Assembly (NCBI GenBank): GCA_027065125.1
Contig: JAMOOV010000180.1
Coordinates: forward strand, 14,437 to 78,436
Direction: 5' to 3'
Length of the DNA: 64,000 nucleotides
DNA from: Campylobacterales bacterium
Lineage (GTDB): Bacteria > Campylobacterota > Campylobacteria > Campylobacterales > JALSKU01
Each line of letters opens with the position of its first letter. Position 1 is the stretch's first letter. Made by a program: the position numbers and the translations under genes. Positions 29,142 to 41,131 of this stretch are shown here, in pieces. The notes below the pieces were generated by a model. The model saw only the letters and a list, made by a program, of their open reading frames with translations. It made no database searches and was not told the DNA's origin.

Positions 29142-29823
29142 ATTACAAAACAGATCTGATTTAGCAATAAAATTTTTAGATAATAATTTGGAAGATTTGA
29201 TACATTTAGACAAAAGCAAATGGATATTGTGTGCTCTTTCGCTTGATGCAATACCGGTAACAAGTATTATAGCAAAAAGATTACAATTTAAATATGATAT
29301 ACTATTTAGCGAAATGATATCAGCACCAAATAATCAAGAGTGTTTTATCTCTATTGTTACTGAAACTGAAGAAACTGTAATACATACGGAATTATTAGAT
29401 AGTTTTGAGATTGGACTTGATTATATTCATGGACAGTCTCGTGTGAAATATGAGGAGGATATATTAAAAAAAATTTACAGATATAGAAAAGGAGAAAAGC
29501 TTGTTTCCATGAAAGATAAAAATATACTTTTTATCGATGATTCCTGCGAAAACAATTTGATAGCATTAGCCGGTATAAAAACAGCTATCAATACTGGTGC
29601 CAACAAAATAGCATATATGTGTGGCATTATATCAAAAGAAATAGAGGTGCTATTTAGAAAAGAGATAGATGAGTTGTTTTATCTACATAGTACATATAAT
29701 TATATAGACAATCAACACTACTATGTTGAAAAGTTAAAAAAAATGGAAGAGGACGATATTTTACCGATATTAGAAAACAGTGAAAATTTTATCGTAAATA
29801 TCGAAGAAAAAATGACAAAATAA
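29119..29823 (+). CDS. phosphoribosyltransferase-like protein
   Basis: 234 aa. The architecture is that of the ~220-aa putative PRTase family. The PRPP-loop-like segment [19 protein letters not shown] is degenerate (no TTG/ATG after DD). The start overlaps the J-domain gene by 23 nt. Confidence 0.55.
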   Translation: MQIDLDFKLQNRSDLAIKFLDNNLEDLIHLDKSKWILCALSLDAIPVTSIIAKRLQFKYDILFSEMISAPNNQECFISIVTETEETVIHTELLDSFEIGLDYIHGQSRVKYEEDILKKIYRYRKGEKLVSMKDKNILFIDDSCENNLIALAGIKTAINTGANKIAYMCGIISKEIEVLFRKEIDELFYLHSTYNYIDNQHYYVEKLKKMEEDDILPILENSENFIVNIEEKMTK

Positions 29824-29834
29824 AAGGAGAATGT

Positions 29835-32048
29835 ATGAAATGTCATGTTGAAGTAGAAGTAAATAATAAAAAAGAGGAGTTTGAGATTGGTTATGTAGCC
29901 AAGCAAGCAAGTGGCTCCGTGATGATGAAAATTGGCGGAACAGTTATGATAGCTGCCGTTGCAAGAGATGAAGAACCTGTTGATGGAGATTTTACACCCT
30001 TGACTGTACAATATATAGAGAAATCTTATGCCATAGGAAAGATACCCGGAGGTTACATAAAAAGAGAAACAAGACCAGGTGATTTTGAAACATTAACCTC
30101 AAGGGTTGTCGATAGAAGTTTAAGACCACTTTTTCCAAAAGGATATGCATATCCAACTCAAATAACCATACTTGTAGTTAGTTCCGATAGCGAAACCGAT
30201 TTGCAAACAATGGCTTTAAATGCAGCCTCTGTAGCACTATATCTTTCAGATATTCCTGTAAATAAATTAGTCTATGGGGTAAGAGTTGGCAAAGTAAATG
30301 ATGAAATTGTAGTAAATCCTACAAATTCACAAATGCAAGATAGCTCACTTGATTTATATGTAAGTGGTTCAAAAGATGAACTTTTGATGATAGAGATGAG
30401 AGCTATACCTACTTTAAAAACCGATATTGCTCCTGTTACAGCCATAGATCCTATGGTTGATCCTACTATGGTAGAAGAAATAACGGAAATGCAACTATCA
30501 AACGAGTTGAGCAATGAAGAAACGATGAATGTGATAGAAGTTGCATCCAGAGCGATAAAAGAGGCAAGTGAAGCTTATGAAAAAGCTTTTGTGGAACTTA
30601 AAAAATCTGATGCTGATTTAACTCTTAAAGAGGAAAAAATAGATGAGTCAATATATGCATATATTGCAGAATTTTACAAAGATGATGTTTATGAAGCTTT
30701 GAATAATATGGCAAAAAGTGAAAGAGCTGGCGAACTTAAAAAAATAGTCGAAAAAATTATGAATGATGATATAGCTACTCAAGAGGAGTGGGATAAAGAT
30801 ACAGTATCAAAAGTATTGTCTGTTTTTAAAAGAGAAATTGTTAGAAAAATGATAGTCAATGATAGAAAAAGAGCTGACGGTAGAGATTTGAAAGAGGTAA
30901 GACCCATAAGCATAGAAACCAATATCCTGCCAAGAGTTCATGGTAGTTGTCTATTTACAAGAGGTCAAACTCAAGCACTTGTAACAGTTACTATAGGTAG
31001 TGACCAGGATGCTCAAATGTTTGATTTGTTGACAACCGACGGACCAAATTATGAGAAATTTATGGTAAATTACAATTTTCCTGGATTTTCCGTAGGAGAA
31101 GCTGCTCCTGTGAGAGCACCGGGAAGAAGAGAGTTGGGACATGGTAATCTTGCAAAAAGAGCTTTAGCTCCTTTAAATGATATGACATATCCACAAGTTA
31201 TCAGAGTTGTTTCCGAAATTCTTGAATCAAACGGCTCATCATCTATGGCTACGGTTTGTGGCGGTTCTTTGGCCTTAAGAGCGGCAGGGGTAAAGACAAA
31301 GAAATTGGTTGCCGGTATAGCTATGGGACTTGTTTTTGAAGATGACAAGTATGCAATACTGACTGATATCATGGGTTTAGAAGATCATGATGGAGATATG
31401 GATTTTAAAGTTGCAGGAACCAGAGACGGTATCACGGCACTTCAGATGGATATCAAATTAGGAGGTATCGAATCTCATATCTTAAAAGAGGCACTTGAAC
31501 AAGCAAAAGAAGGAAGAGATCATATACTAAGTATTATGGAAGAAGCTGATAAAAATATCGTGGTAAATGAGGATCTTTTACCAAGTACTGAGATATTTGG
31601 TGTACATCCTTCAAAAATAGTCGATATCATCGGAAAAGCCGGTGCTACCATAAGAGAGATTATTGAAAAATTTAATGTTTCTATCGACCTTGATAGGGAA
31701 AAAGGTGAAGTTAAAGTCGGAGGTACCGATAAAGCCAAGGTTAAGGCCGCATGTGATCATATAAAAGAGATAACAAGCAGAAGTGGTGGTGGTAGAGATA
31801 GAGGAGAGAGAAAAAAAGTTGAGTTTAAAAAAGGCGAAGAATTTCACGGAAAAGTTAAAAAGGTAGTAGAATTTGGTGCATTTATTGAGCTTAGAGACGG
31901 GGTAGATGGACTTTTACATATATCAAAGATAGCAAAAGACAGATCTGCCAAGATGCAAGATATACTTCATGAAGGAGACACTATAGATGTAGTAGTGCTT
32001 TCTCAAAAAGGATACAAAGTAGAATTGGGGTTAAAAGAGAGTAAATAA
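29835..32048 (+). CDS. pnp: polyribonucleotide nucleotidyltransferase (PNPase)
   Basis: 737 aa with two RNase PH domains ([15 protein letters not shown]), a KH domain and a C-terminal S1 domain ([15 protein letters not shown]). Confidence 0.97.
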   Translation: MKCHVEVEVNNKKEEFEIGYVAKQASGSVMMKIGGTVMIAAVARDEEPVDGDFTPLTVQYIEKSYAIGKIPGGYIKRETRPGDFETLTSRVVDRSLRPLFPKGYAYPTQITILVVSSDSETDLQTMALNAASVALYLSDIPVNKLVYGVRVGKVNDEIVVNPTNSQMQDSSLDLYVSGSKDELLMIEMRAIPTLKTDIAPVTAIDPMVDPTMVEEITEMQLSNELSNEETMNVIEVASRAIKEASEAYEKAFVELKKSDADLTLKEEKIDESIYAYIAEFYKDDVYEALNNMAKSERAGELKKIVEKIMNDDIATQEEWDKDTVSKVLSVFKREIVRKMIVNDRKRADGRDLKEVRPISIETNILPRVHGSCLFTRGQTQALVTVTIGSDQDAQMFDLLTTDGPNYEKFMVNYNFPGFSVGEAAPVRAPGRRELGHGNLAKRALAPLNDMTYPQVIRVVSEILESNGSSSMATVCGGSLALRAAGVKTKKLVAGIAMGLVFEDDKYAILTDIMGLEDHDGDMDFKVAGTRDGITALQMDIKLGGIESHILKEALEQAKEGRDHILSIMEEADKNIVVNEDLLPSTEIFGVHPSKIVDIIGKAGATIREIIEKFNVSIDLDREKGEVKVGGTDKAKVKAACDHIKEITSRSGGGRDRGERKKVEFKKGEEFHGKVKKVVEFGAFIELRDGVDGLLHISKIAKDRSAKMQDILHEGDTIDVVVLSQKGYKVELGLKESK

Positions 32049-32092
32049 ACTATAAGAGGAAATTAAAAATAAGTATATTTTAACAAATATTT

Positions 32093-32153
32093 TGGTATAA
32101 TTTCGCCCAAAGTAAAGTGATAAGTAGGGATACGCAAGCCGAACGGACTTTAC
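32093..32153 (+). promoter_or_regulatory. atpE promoter (extended -10 TGgTATAAT) and 5' UTR hairpin
   Basis: TGGTATAAT at 32093-32101. A hairpin forms between GTAAAGT (32112-32118) and ACTTTAC (32147-32153), ahead of the AAGGAG RBS. Confidence 0.45.
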
Positions 32154-32172
32154 AAAAACAAAAGGAGTTTTT

Positions 32173-32508
32173 ATGAAAAAAGTATTATTACTTTTATTGG
32201 CTATAGCCGGTGTTGCATTTGCCGGTGAAAATGGAGTTAAAGTTTTAACAGTTGCTGAAAATGCTTCTGGTTTAGCATCTTTTTCAGTTGTTGCAGCTGG
32301 AATTGGTCTTGGTTTAGCAGCACTTGGTGGAGCTATAGGTATGGGTAATACAGCTGCTGCTACGATAGCTGGAACAGCAAGAAACCCAGGTCTTGGTGGA
32401 AAGCTTATGACTACTATGTTTATCGCTCTTGCGATGATCGAAGCACAAGTTATCTATGCCTTGGTTATTGCTTTGATAGCACTTTATGCCAACCCTTTCT
32501 TAGGTTAA
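32173..32508 (+). CDS. atpE: F0F1 ATP synthase subunit c
   Basis: 111 aa with two TM helices, loop ARNPG, and the carboxylate helix MIEAQVIYALVIAL. Confidence 0.9.
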   Translation: MKKVLLLLLAIAGVAFAGENGVKVLTVAENASGLASFSVVAAGIGLGLAALGGAIGMGNTAAATIAGTARNPGLGGKLMTTMFIALAMIEAQVIYALVIALIALYANPFLG

Positions 32509-32514
32509 AATTCT

Positions 32515-32546
32515 AAAGGCTTTTAGCTTTTAGCTTTTAGCCTTTT
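32515..32546 (+). terminator. hairpin with T-run after atpE, containing (TTTTAGC)x3
   Basis: AAAGGCT (32515-32521) pairs with AGCCTTT (32539-32545), then T. The loop is built from three tandem TTTTAGC heptamers (32521-32541). Confidence 0.4.
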
Positions 32547-32548
32547 AT

Positions 32549-32633
32549 GCGATCGTGGTGGAACTGGTAGACACGCTATCTTGAGGGGGTAGTGCCTTCG
32601 GGTGTGGGGGTTCAAATCCCCCCGATCGCACCA
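32549..32633 (+). tRNA. tRNA-Leu (anticodon GAG)
   Basis: Acceptor GCGATCG/CGATCGC, D-arm GTG-GAACTGGTAGA-CAC, anticodon stem CTATC/GGTAG with loop TTGAGGG. Long variable arm TGCCTTCGGGTGT, T-arm GGGGG-TTCAAAT-CCCCC, encoded CCA. Confidence 0.93.
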
Positions 32634-32634
32634 T

Positions 32635-32862
32635 TTACTTTTTGCAACTCTTATCACACTTTTTTAAACCCCTATTTTTTACTATATTGGTGATATTTAT
32701 AACTACAAGATATGCACAATATAGCCAAACAATATCTAAAATTGTATTGTTTTTATAATCTGTAAAAAGATACATAGATGGCAACCATAAAAACATAGGC
32801 CATTTTAGATAGTGAAAAAACAGTATCCAACTTCCTTGAAGTTCCCTAAAAAGTTTTTTCAT
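32635..32862 (-). CDS. hypothetical small membrane protein
   Basis: 75 aa with two hydrophobic segments and a basic Cys-containing tail. It abuts the tRNA 3' end. No family recognised. Confidence 0.3.
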   Translation of the reverse strand: MKKLFRELQGSWILFFHYLKWPMFLWLPSMYLFTDYKNNTILDIVWLYCAYLVVINITNIVKNRGLKKCDKSCKK

Positions 32863-32952
32863 AAATTTTCCCTTGATAAGCTTGTTTTATAACTTTTATG
32901 TTATAATTATATCTTATTTATCCTCGAATAAGATATTTATATAGGAAAATCA

Positions 32953-33507
32953 ATGGATATAAAAGAAAGTTTACTAAAAAGAGCAAACGGTGTTTGTGAG
33001 TTGTGTGGTAGTAGTGATGAATTGGATGTTTTTAAAGTTGAACCTAAAGATGAGTATATATTGGTTTGTAAAACTTGTTTGGATGGTTTAAGCAATCCCG
33101 ATACTCAAGATATAAATCATTGGAGATGTTTAAATGATTCTATGTGGAGTGAAGTTCCTGCCGTTCAAGTGATGGCTTACAGGATATTAAAGTCCATATC
33201 CAGTGAGGGATGGCCTCAAGATATGCTTGATATGCTTTATCTTGATGATGATACGAAAGAGTGGGCGGAGGATATAGAGGATGAACATTCGGATATTCAG
33301 CCTACACTTGATAGCAATTCAACTATTTTAAATAGCGGAGATAGTGTAACTATCGTAAAAGATTTGGATGTAAAAGGAACCGGTTTTACTGCAAAAAGAG
33401 GAACTGTCGTAAAAAACATATCCCTTACGGACAATCCGGAGCAGATAGAGGGTAGAGTCAATGGAGTAAAGATAGTTTTACTCTCAAAGTTTTTAAAAAA
33501 AGTTTAA
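32953..33507 (+). CDS. phnA: PhnA-domain protein (zinc ribbon plus PhnA C-terminal domain)
   Basis: N-terminal CELCGS...CKTC ribbon. The C-terminus is DSNSTILNSGDSVTIVKDLDVKGTGFTAKRGTVVKNISLTDNPEQIEGRVNGVKIVLLSKFLKK, matching the PhnA domain. Confidence 0.75.
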   Translation: MDIKESLLKRANGVCELCGSSDELDVFKVEPKDEYILVCKTCLDGLSNPDTQDINHWRCLNDSMWSEVPAVQVMAYRILKSISSEGWPQDMLDMLYLDDDTKEWAEDIEDEHSDIQPTLDSNSTILNSGDSVTIVKDLDVKGTGFTAKRGTVVKNISLTDNPEQIEGRVNGVKIVLLSKFLKKV

Positions 33508-33517
33508 TGAAGACGAT

Positions 33518-34339
33518 ATGATAAAAAAGTGTTTATTCCCTGCGGCCGGATATGGTACTAGATTTTTACCCGCTACTAAGGCTATGCCAAAAGAAATGTT
33601 ACCCATACTTACAAAACCTTTGATACAGTATGGAGTAGAAGAAGCTAAAGAAGCAGGATGTAGCATCATGGCTATTATAACAGGAAGAGGCAAAAGAGCC
33701 ATAACTGATCATTTTGATATATCATATGAACTTGAGCATCAAATCAAAGGAACATCAAAGGAAAATCTCTTAAAAGAGATAAGGGCTTTGATAGAAAATT
33801 GTACTTTTACTTATACAAGACAAAATGAAATGAAAGGTCTGGGAGATGCTATACTTAAAGGTGAACCGTTAATAGGCAATGAACCTTTTGGTGTTATATT
33901 GGCGGATGATTTGTGTGTTAATTCAAGGGGAGAGAGTGTTTTAAAGCAAATGGTAAAACTGTACAACAAATACCAATGCTCTATTGTTGCCATAGAAGAA
34001 GTTGAAAAAGATGAAGTGTATAAATATGGTATTATCGAGGCTACAGAGATAGAAAAGGATATTTTTATGGTAAAAGATATGGTAGAAAAGCCGGATATCG
34101 ATAAAGCACCGAGCAATCTTGCCATAATAGGTAGATATATACTCTCTAATGATATTTTTAAGATACTAAAAGATACTAAACCGGGTAAAAACGGAGAGAT
34201 TCAAATAACAGATGCTCTAAAAGAGCAGACAAAACAAGGCAAAGTTATAGCTTATAAATTTAAAGGTAAAAGATTTGATTGTGGAAATGTTGATGGTTTC
34301 GTAGAAGCAACTAATTATTTTTATAATCAAAAGATATAA
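33518..34339 (+). CDS. galU: UTP--glucose-1-phosphate uridylyltransferase
   Basis: 273 aa. N-terminal KCLFPAAGYGTRFLPATKAMPKEMLPI and VEKP motif. Confidence 0.93.
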   Translation: MIKKCLFPAAGYGTRFLPATKAMPKEMLPILTKPLIQYGVEEAKEAGCSIMAIITGRGKRAITDHFDISYELEHQIKGTSKENLLKEIRALIENCTFTYTRQNEMKGLGDAILKGEPLIGNEPFGVILADDLCVNSRGESVLKQMVKLYNKYQCSIVAIEEVEKDEVYKYGIIEATEIEKDIFMVKDMVEKPDIDKAPSNLAIIGRYILSNDIFKILKDTKPGKNGEIQITDALKEQTKQGKVIAYKFKGKRFDCGNVDGFVEATNYFYNQKI

Positions 34340-34359
34340 ATGACATTTATCTATATATA

Positions 34360-34513
34360 GTAATTCAAAATTAAGATTTATTTGATATTTTTACTCATTC
34401 TCAAAATTTCATCCTTAAAATTTTTCTGAAGTTGTGGATTGATTTTTTATTCTTAAAAAATTTAATACCCTTAAAACCGTTCATATATTAAACAAATCTT
34501 AATTTTAAATTAC
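34360..34513. repeat. 154-bp segment bounded by 20-bp terminal inverted repeats (MITE-like or regulatory)
   Basis: The reverse complement of gtaattcaaaattaagattt (34360-34379) matches aaatcttaattttaaattac (34494-34513) at 19/20. The match extends a few more bases with one mismatch. The element lies in the 249-bp galU-ligA spacer. Confidence 0.5.
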
Positions 34514-34576
34514 TATGAATATTATATTTGATAGAGCATTTTAAACCCTTTTTGGGTAAAATATCCAAAAATATAG

Positions 34577-37241
<2,665 letters not shown>

Positions 37242-38029
37242 AATCACCTCTCTTGCTATCGGAGGGTTTGACGGTATCCATAAAGCCCATCAAGAGCTTA
37301 TAAAAAGGCTTGATGAAAACGGCACTTTGATGATAGTGAGTAAATATGGCTCAAACTTGACTCCAAAAGAGTATAGATGTCGATTCGTGGATAGATCATG
37401 TTTTTTTTATGACCTTGAAAAGATAAAAGATTTTAACTGCAAAGAGTTTGCCGACTTTTTAAAAGAGGAGTTTCCCGCTCTAAAAAAGATAGTTGTGGGG
37501 TATGACTTTAGATATGGTAAAGATAGGAGTTGCTCTCCCCAAGATCTTAAAAAGTACTTCAGAGTGGAGGTCGTAAATGAGTATAAACTTGAGGGAGTGT
37601 CGGTACATTCGGGAGTTATAAGAGAGCTTTTGAAAAACGGCGATATTAAAAAGGCAAATAAGCTTCTATGCAGGTTTTATAGCATTGAAGGCAAGGTGGT
37701 CCACGGTCAAGGTATCGGAGGCAAAGAGCTTATTCCTACTTTAAATGTCGTTGTAAAGGATTTCTTACTCCCTAAGAATGGGGTTTATGCCACAAAAACA
37801 AAGGTGGACGAAAAACTGTATAACTCTGTTACTTTTATAGGTATTAGAGAAACGACTGATGGAGAGTTTTCCGTGGAGACCCATATCTTGGATAGGTATA
37901 TTGAGTGTAAAAGCGAAACTTTGGAGATACTTTTTGTAGATAGGATAAGGGACAATCAAAAATTTAGCTCACTTGATGAGTTGAGAACAGCTATAGAGAA
38001 AGATATAAAAAGAGCAAAGGAAATTTTAG

Positions 38030-38905
38030 ATGAATATTAAACCGGAATGTCTTGTTTGCATATACAATCAAGCTTTAAAGACTTCAAAGGTGGCAAACTG
38101 TGATGAAAAGACAACAAAAGAGTTACTTGATAGCACTTCAAAGATATTGATGGAGCACGGTTTGGATGTAACTCCACCGTTTATTGCCAAAGATATATAT
38201 AAAAATCTCTCAAAAAAGTTAAAAAGCGATGATCCTCTGAAAAATGTCAAAGAGAAAAGCACTAAAGAGGCTTTGAAATATGTGGGATTTATCAAAGATA
38301 AGATAAAAAAGAGCGATGATGAGCTTTTTAGTGCCATAAAAGCTGCGATTGCCGGAAATGTCATAGACTTTGGTGCCAAAGTACAGTTTGATCTAAAAGA
38401 GGCGATAGAGGAGGTTTTTGATAAGGAGTTTGGCATAAACGACTATGAGAGCTTAAAAGAGGATCTAAAAAAGGCTCAAACGGTTATGCTCATAGGCGAT
38501 AATTGCGGAGAGCATGTGTACGATAAGATACTGCTTGAAGTTTTGACAAAGAGATTTCCTAAAAAGAAGTTTATCTATGCCACAAGAGGAGAGCCTATTA
38601 TCAACGATGTGACGATAAGAGAAGCTAAAGAGATAGGCATAGATGAGGTTTGCGAAGTGATAAGTAGTGGAGTGGATACTCCCGGGCTTGATCTAAATAG
38701 AGCCGATAGAGAGTTTGTAAAGAGATTTGAAAAGACCGATCTTATTATAGCCAAGGGTATGGGAAATTATGAGACGATGTATGGTGTCTTGGATAAAGAG
38801 ATATACTTTTTGTTTAAGATAAAGTGTGATGTTGTAGCAAATAGTTTAAAAAAAGAGGTGGGAGATATTGCGATACTCAAAAATAGTATTCGAACAAAAT
38901 CTTAA
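38030..38905 (+). CDS. DUF89 (ARMT1-like, damage-control phosphatase) family protein
   Basis: 291 aa. N-terminal CLVCIYNQALK, GDNCGEHVYDKILLEVL and AKGMGNYE motifs are typical of DUF89. Confidence 0.7.
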   Translation: MNIKPECLVCIYNQALKTSKVANCDEKTTKELLDSTSKILMEHGLDVTPPFIAKDIYKNLSKKLKSDDPLKNVKEKSTKEALKYVGFIKDKIKKSDDELFSAIKAAIAGNVIDFGAKVQFDLKEAIEEVFDKEFGINDYESLKEDLKKAQTVMLIGDNCGEHVYDKILLEVLTKRFPKKKFIYATRGEPIINDVTIREAKEIGIDEVCEVISSGVDTPGLDLNRADREFVKRFEKTDLIIAKGMGNYETMYGVLDKEIYFLFKIKCDVVANSLKKEVGDIAILKNSIRTKS

Positions 38906-38908
38906 AAG

Positions 38909-38959
38909 TTTTCAAAGTATTGAAAAAAATATGGTATAATATTTTCAAAGTATTGAAAA
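38909..38959 (+). promoter_or_regulatory. promoter (TGgTATAAT) bracketed by two identical 18-bp palindromes (candidate operators)
   Basis: TTTTCAAAGTATTGAAAA occurs at 38909-38926 and again at 38942-38959. Each copy is TTTTCAA-N4-TTGAAAA. The extended -10 TGGTATAAT at 32 to 40 of the 389xx block (38932-38940) lies between them. The ATG of the downstream ATPase is at 38968. Confidence 0.6.
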
Positions 38960-38967
38960 GGCACTAA

Positions 38968-40149
38968 ATGTTGAAAAAACTTATTTCGCTATCCAACCAA
39001 TTTTTTTCTCTGCCTGATGTTAAATTTAAGAGATATCTTTATTACAAGATAGATTTTCAATCCAAAATCATAGGTATACTAGGACAAAGAGGAGTCGGTA
39101 AAAGCACCCTTTTAAGACAAATTGCAAAAAGCTATAAAGTCCCGACTTCAAAAAAGCTATATATTAGTGCCGATAATGTTACTAAAAGCCTTAGCGAGAT
39201 AGCCCAAGAGTTTAGTGAGTCCGGCGGTGAAATACTTTTGATAGATGAGATACATAAAGCTAAAGATTTTGCAAAAGAGCTGAAGAGGATATATGATTTT
39301 ACAGATATGAAAGTTATCTTTTCCGGCTCTTCCGCTCTTGAGATAGAAAATAGCAAAATAGACCTCAGCAGAAGAGTGTTGTTTTACAAGCTATATAGTC
39401 TATCTTTTAGAGAATTTATAGCTATAAAATATGGTATGGATTTGCCGGCTATCAAGCTTGAGGATATTGTAAAAGAGCATCAGGATATAGCTTTGGATAT
39501 CAAAAAGCATTTTAAGCCTTTGGAGTATCTTTCGGCTTATAAGAGATTTGGCTCATATCCCTTTTTTACCGAGGGCGAGTTGGGTTATGATTTAAGGCTT
39601 GTAGAGATAGTAAATATCATTTTAGATAGTGAAGTAGCAACTATATATAATATAGAGTATCAAAAGATTTATACCATTAGAAAGCTTTTGGAGCTATTTT
39701 GCTGTAGTGTTCCATTTGAGCTTAATATCCAAAACATATCAAAACTCACAGGTATAAGCAGAAATACATTGTATTCATATCTTTATTATCTACAAAAGGC
39801 AAATCTCATAGAGATAACGGGCGGAAACTTTAAAAATAAAAAGCTTTTAAATAAGCCCGATAAGATATATCTTGAAAATATCAATCTATACAATATCTTA
39901 TGTGACGAGCCGAATATCGGAAGTGTCAGAGAGAGTTTTTTTGTTTCTCAATCTAAAGTAAATCATTTGATAAAGTATGATAAAAGAGGAGATTTTTTAA
40001 TAGACAATCGATATCTTTTTGAAATAGGCGGTAAAAACAAATCTTTCGAGCAGATAAAAGATTTGTCGGATAGTTTTGTGGTATCGGATGATTTGGAGAT
40101 AGGGTACGGGAAAAAGATACCTCTTTGGTTGTTCGGATTTTTATATTAA
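38968..40149 (+). CDS. AAA-type ATPase with C-terminal wHTH-like region (AAA_14 / DUF4143-type)
   Basis: 393 aa. Walker A GQRGVGKSTLLRQI, Walker B ILLIDEIH, and an HTH-like segment ISKLTGISRNTLYSYLYYLQKANLI. Confidence 0.7.
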   Translation: MLKKLISLSNQFFSLPDVKFKRYLYYKIDFQSKIIGILGQRGVGKSTLLRQIAKSYKVPTSKKLYISADNVTKSLSEIAQEFSESGGEILLIDEIHKAKDFAKELKRIYDFTDMKVIFSGSSALEIENSKIDLSRRVLFYKLYSLSFREFIAIKYGMDLPAIKLEDIVKEHQDIALDIKKHFKPLEYLSAYKRFGSYPFFTEGELGYDLRLVEIVNIILDSEVATIYNIEYQKIYTIRKLLELFCCSVPFELNIQNISKLTGISRNTLYSYLYYLQKANLIEITGGNFKNKKLLNKPDKIYLENINLYNILCDEPNIGSVRESFFVSQSKVNHLIKYDKRGDFLIDNRYLFEIGGKNKSFEQIKDLSDSFVVSDDLEIGYGKKIPLWLFGFLY

Positions 40150-40161
40150 AAAGCGGGAATT

Positions 40162-40872
40162 ATGAAAGATAAAGTTTTTTTAAAAGAGCTTGATAAGCAG
40201 TTTGAGTTTGATGAAGAGGTGGCGAGTGTATTTGATGATATGCTCGATAGGTCGGTGCCTTTTTATAGGGAAGTTTTAGACCTTGTTAGCGAACTTGTCG
40301 TAAAAAATTGCGAAAAAAATGACAGGGTTTGCGATCTTGGCAGTTCAACAGCCACGACACTTTTGGAGATATATAAAAAATCCGATAAAAATCTGCATCT
40401 TGCGGGAATCGATAACTCAAAGGCAATGGTAGAGCGATCAAAAAGAAAGATATCGGCATTCGGAGCAGACATAGAGATAAAAGAAGGCAATTTTATCATA
40501 GACGAGATACCTACCTCAAAAGTGATACTTGCAAACTATACTTTACAATTCGTAAGACCTGCAAAAAGAGCGGCACTTGTCAAAAAGATATATAACTCTT
40601 TACAAAAAGGGGGCTTGTTTATTTTTAATGAAAAAGTGATATATGAAGATAACAAACTTCATAAGCAGATGATAGATATATACTATGACTTCAAAAAAAA
40701 GATGGGCTATAGCGAGTATGAGATAGCCAAAAAGAGAGAGGCACTTGAAAATGTGCTTATCCCCTACAGCGATGAAGAAAATATAACTATGGCAAAATAT
40801 GCCGGTTTTAAACGAGTGGATATCATCTTTAAATGGGCGAATTTCACCTGCTTTTTGGCTAAAAAAGATTAG
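40162..40872 (+). CDS. cmoA: carboxy-S-adenosyl-L-methionine synthase
   Basis: 236 aa with FEFDEEVASVFDDMLDRSVPFYREV and SAM fold VCDLGSSTA. Confidence 0.88.
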   Translation: MKDKVFLKELDKQFEFDEEVASVFDDMLDRSVPFYREVLDLVSELVVKNCEKNDRVCDLGSSTATTLLEIYKKSDKNLHLAGIDNSKAMVERSKRKISAFGADIEIKEGNFIIDEIPTSKVILANYTLQFVRPAKRAALVKKIYNSLQKGGLFIFNEKVIYEDNKLHKQMIDIYYDFKKKMGYSEYEIAKKREALENVLIPYSDEENITMAKYAGFKRVDIIFKWANFTCFLAKKD

Positions 40873-41120
40873 TTGTCTCTAAAAAGTTCCGGTTTTGTTT
40901 TTTTGATATGATTGATGACTTCAATGATTTCATCAACTCCCATTTCACCATCTTCGTTAGCAAAGACCTCATCTATGCCATTTAAATATATTTCTATAGA
41001 GTCTTTTAAATTTTCTTTTTTTATACCTGCAAAATATAGTGCCACTTCAAGCATATCTACAAGTTGCATGGATAGTTCTTCTATCTCTTTTTCCGCTTCA
41101 TTCAGTTTATCTTGTAACAT
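40869..41120 (-). CDS. hypothetical small acidic protein
   Basis: 83 aa, helical and acidic. It lies immediately downstream of the DHH gene on the same strand. No motif recognised. Confidence 0.4.
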   Translation of the reverse strand: MLQDKLNEAEKEIEELSMQLVDMLEVALYFAGIKKENLKDSIEIYLNGIDEVFANEDGEMGVDEIIEVINHIKKTKPELFRDN

Positions 41121-41131
41121 GTTATTCCTTT

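Noticed and set aside
38909-38959. TTTTCA-N6-TGAAAA palindromes considered as a XerH-type dif site.
   Set aside because: The arms are in the opposite order to the TGAAAA-N6-TTTTCA layout I recall for difH. The central region is 4 bp when the full 7-bp arms are used. The motif is duplicated around a promoter, so an operator function is more plausible.
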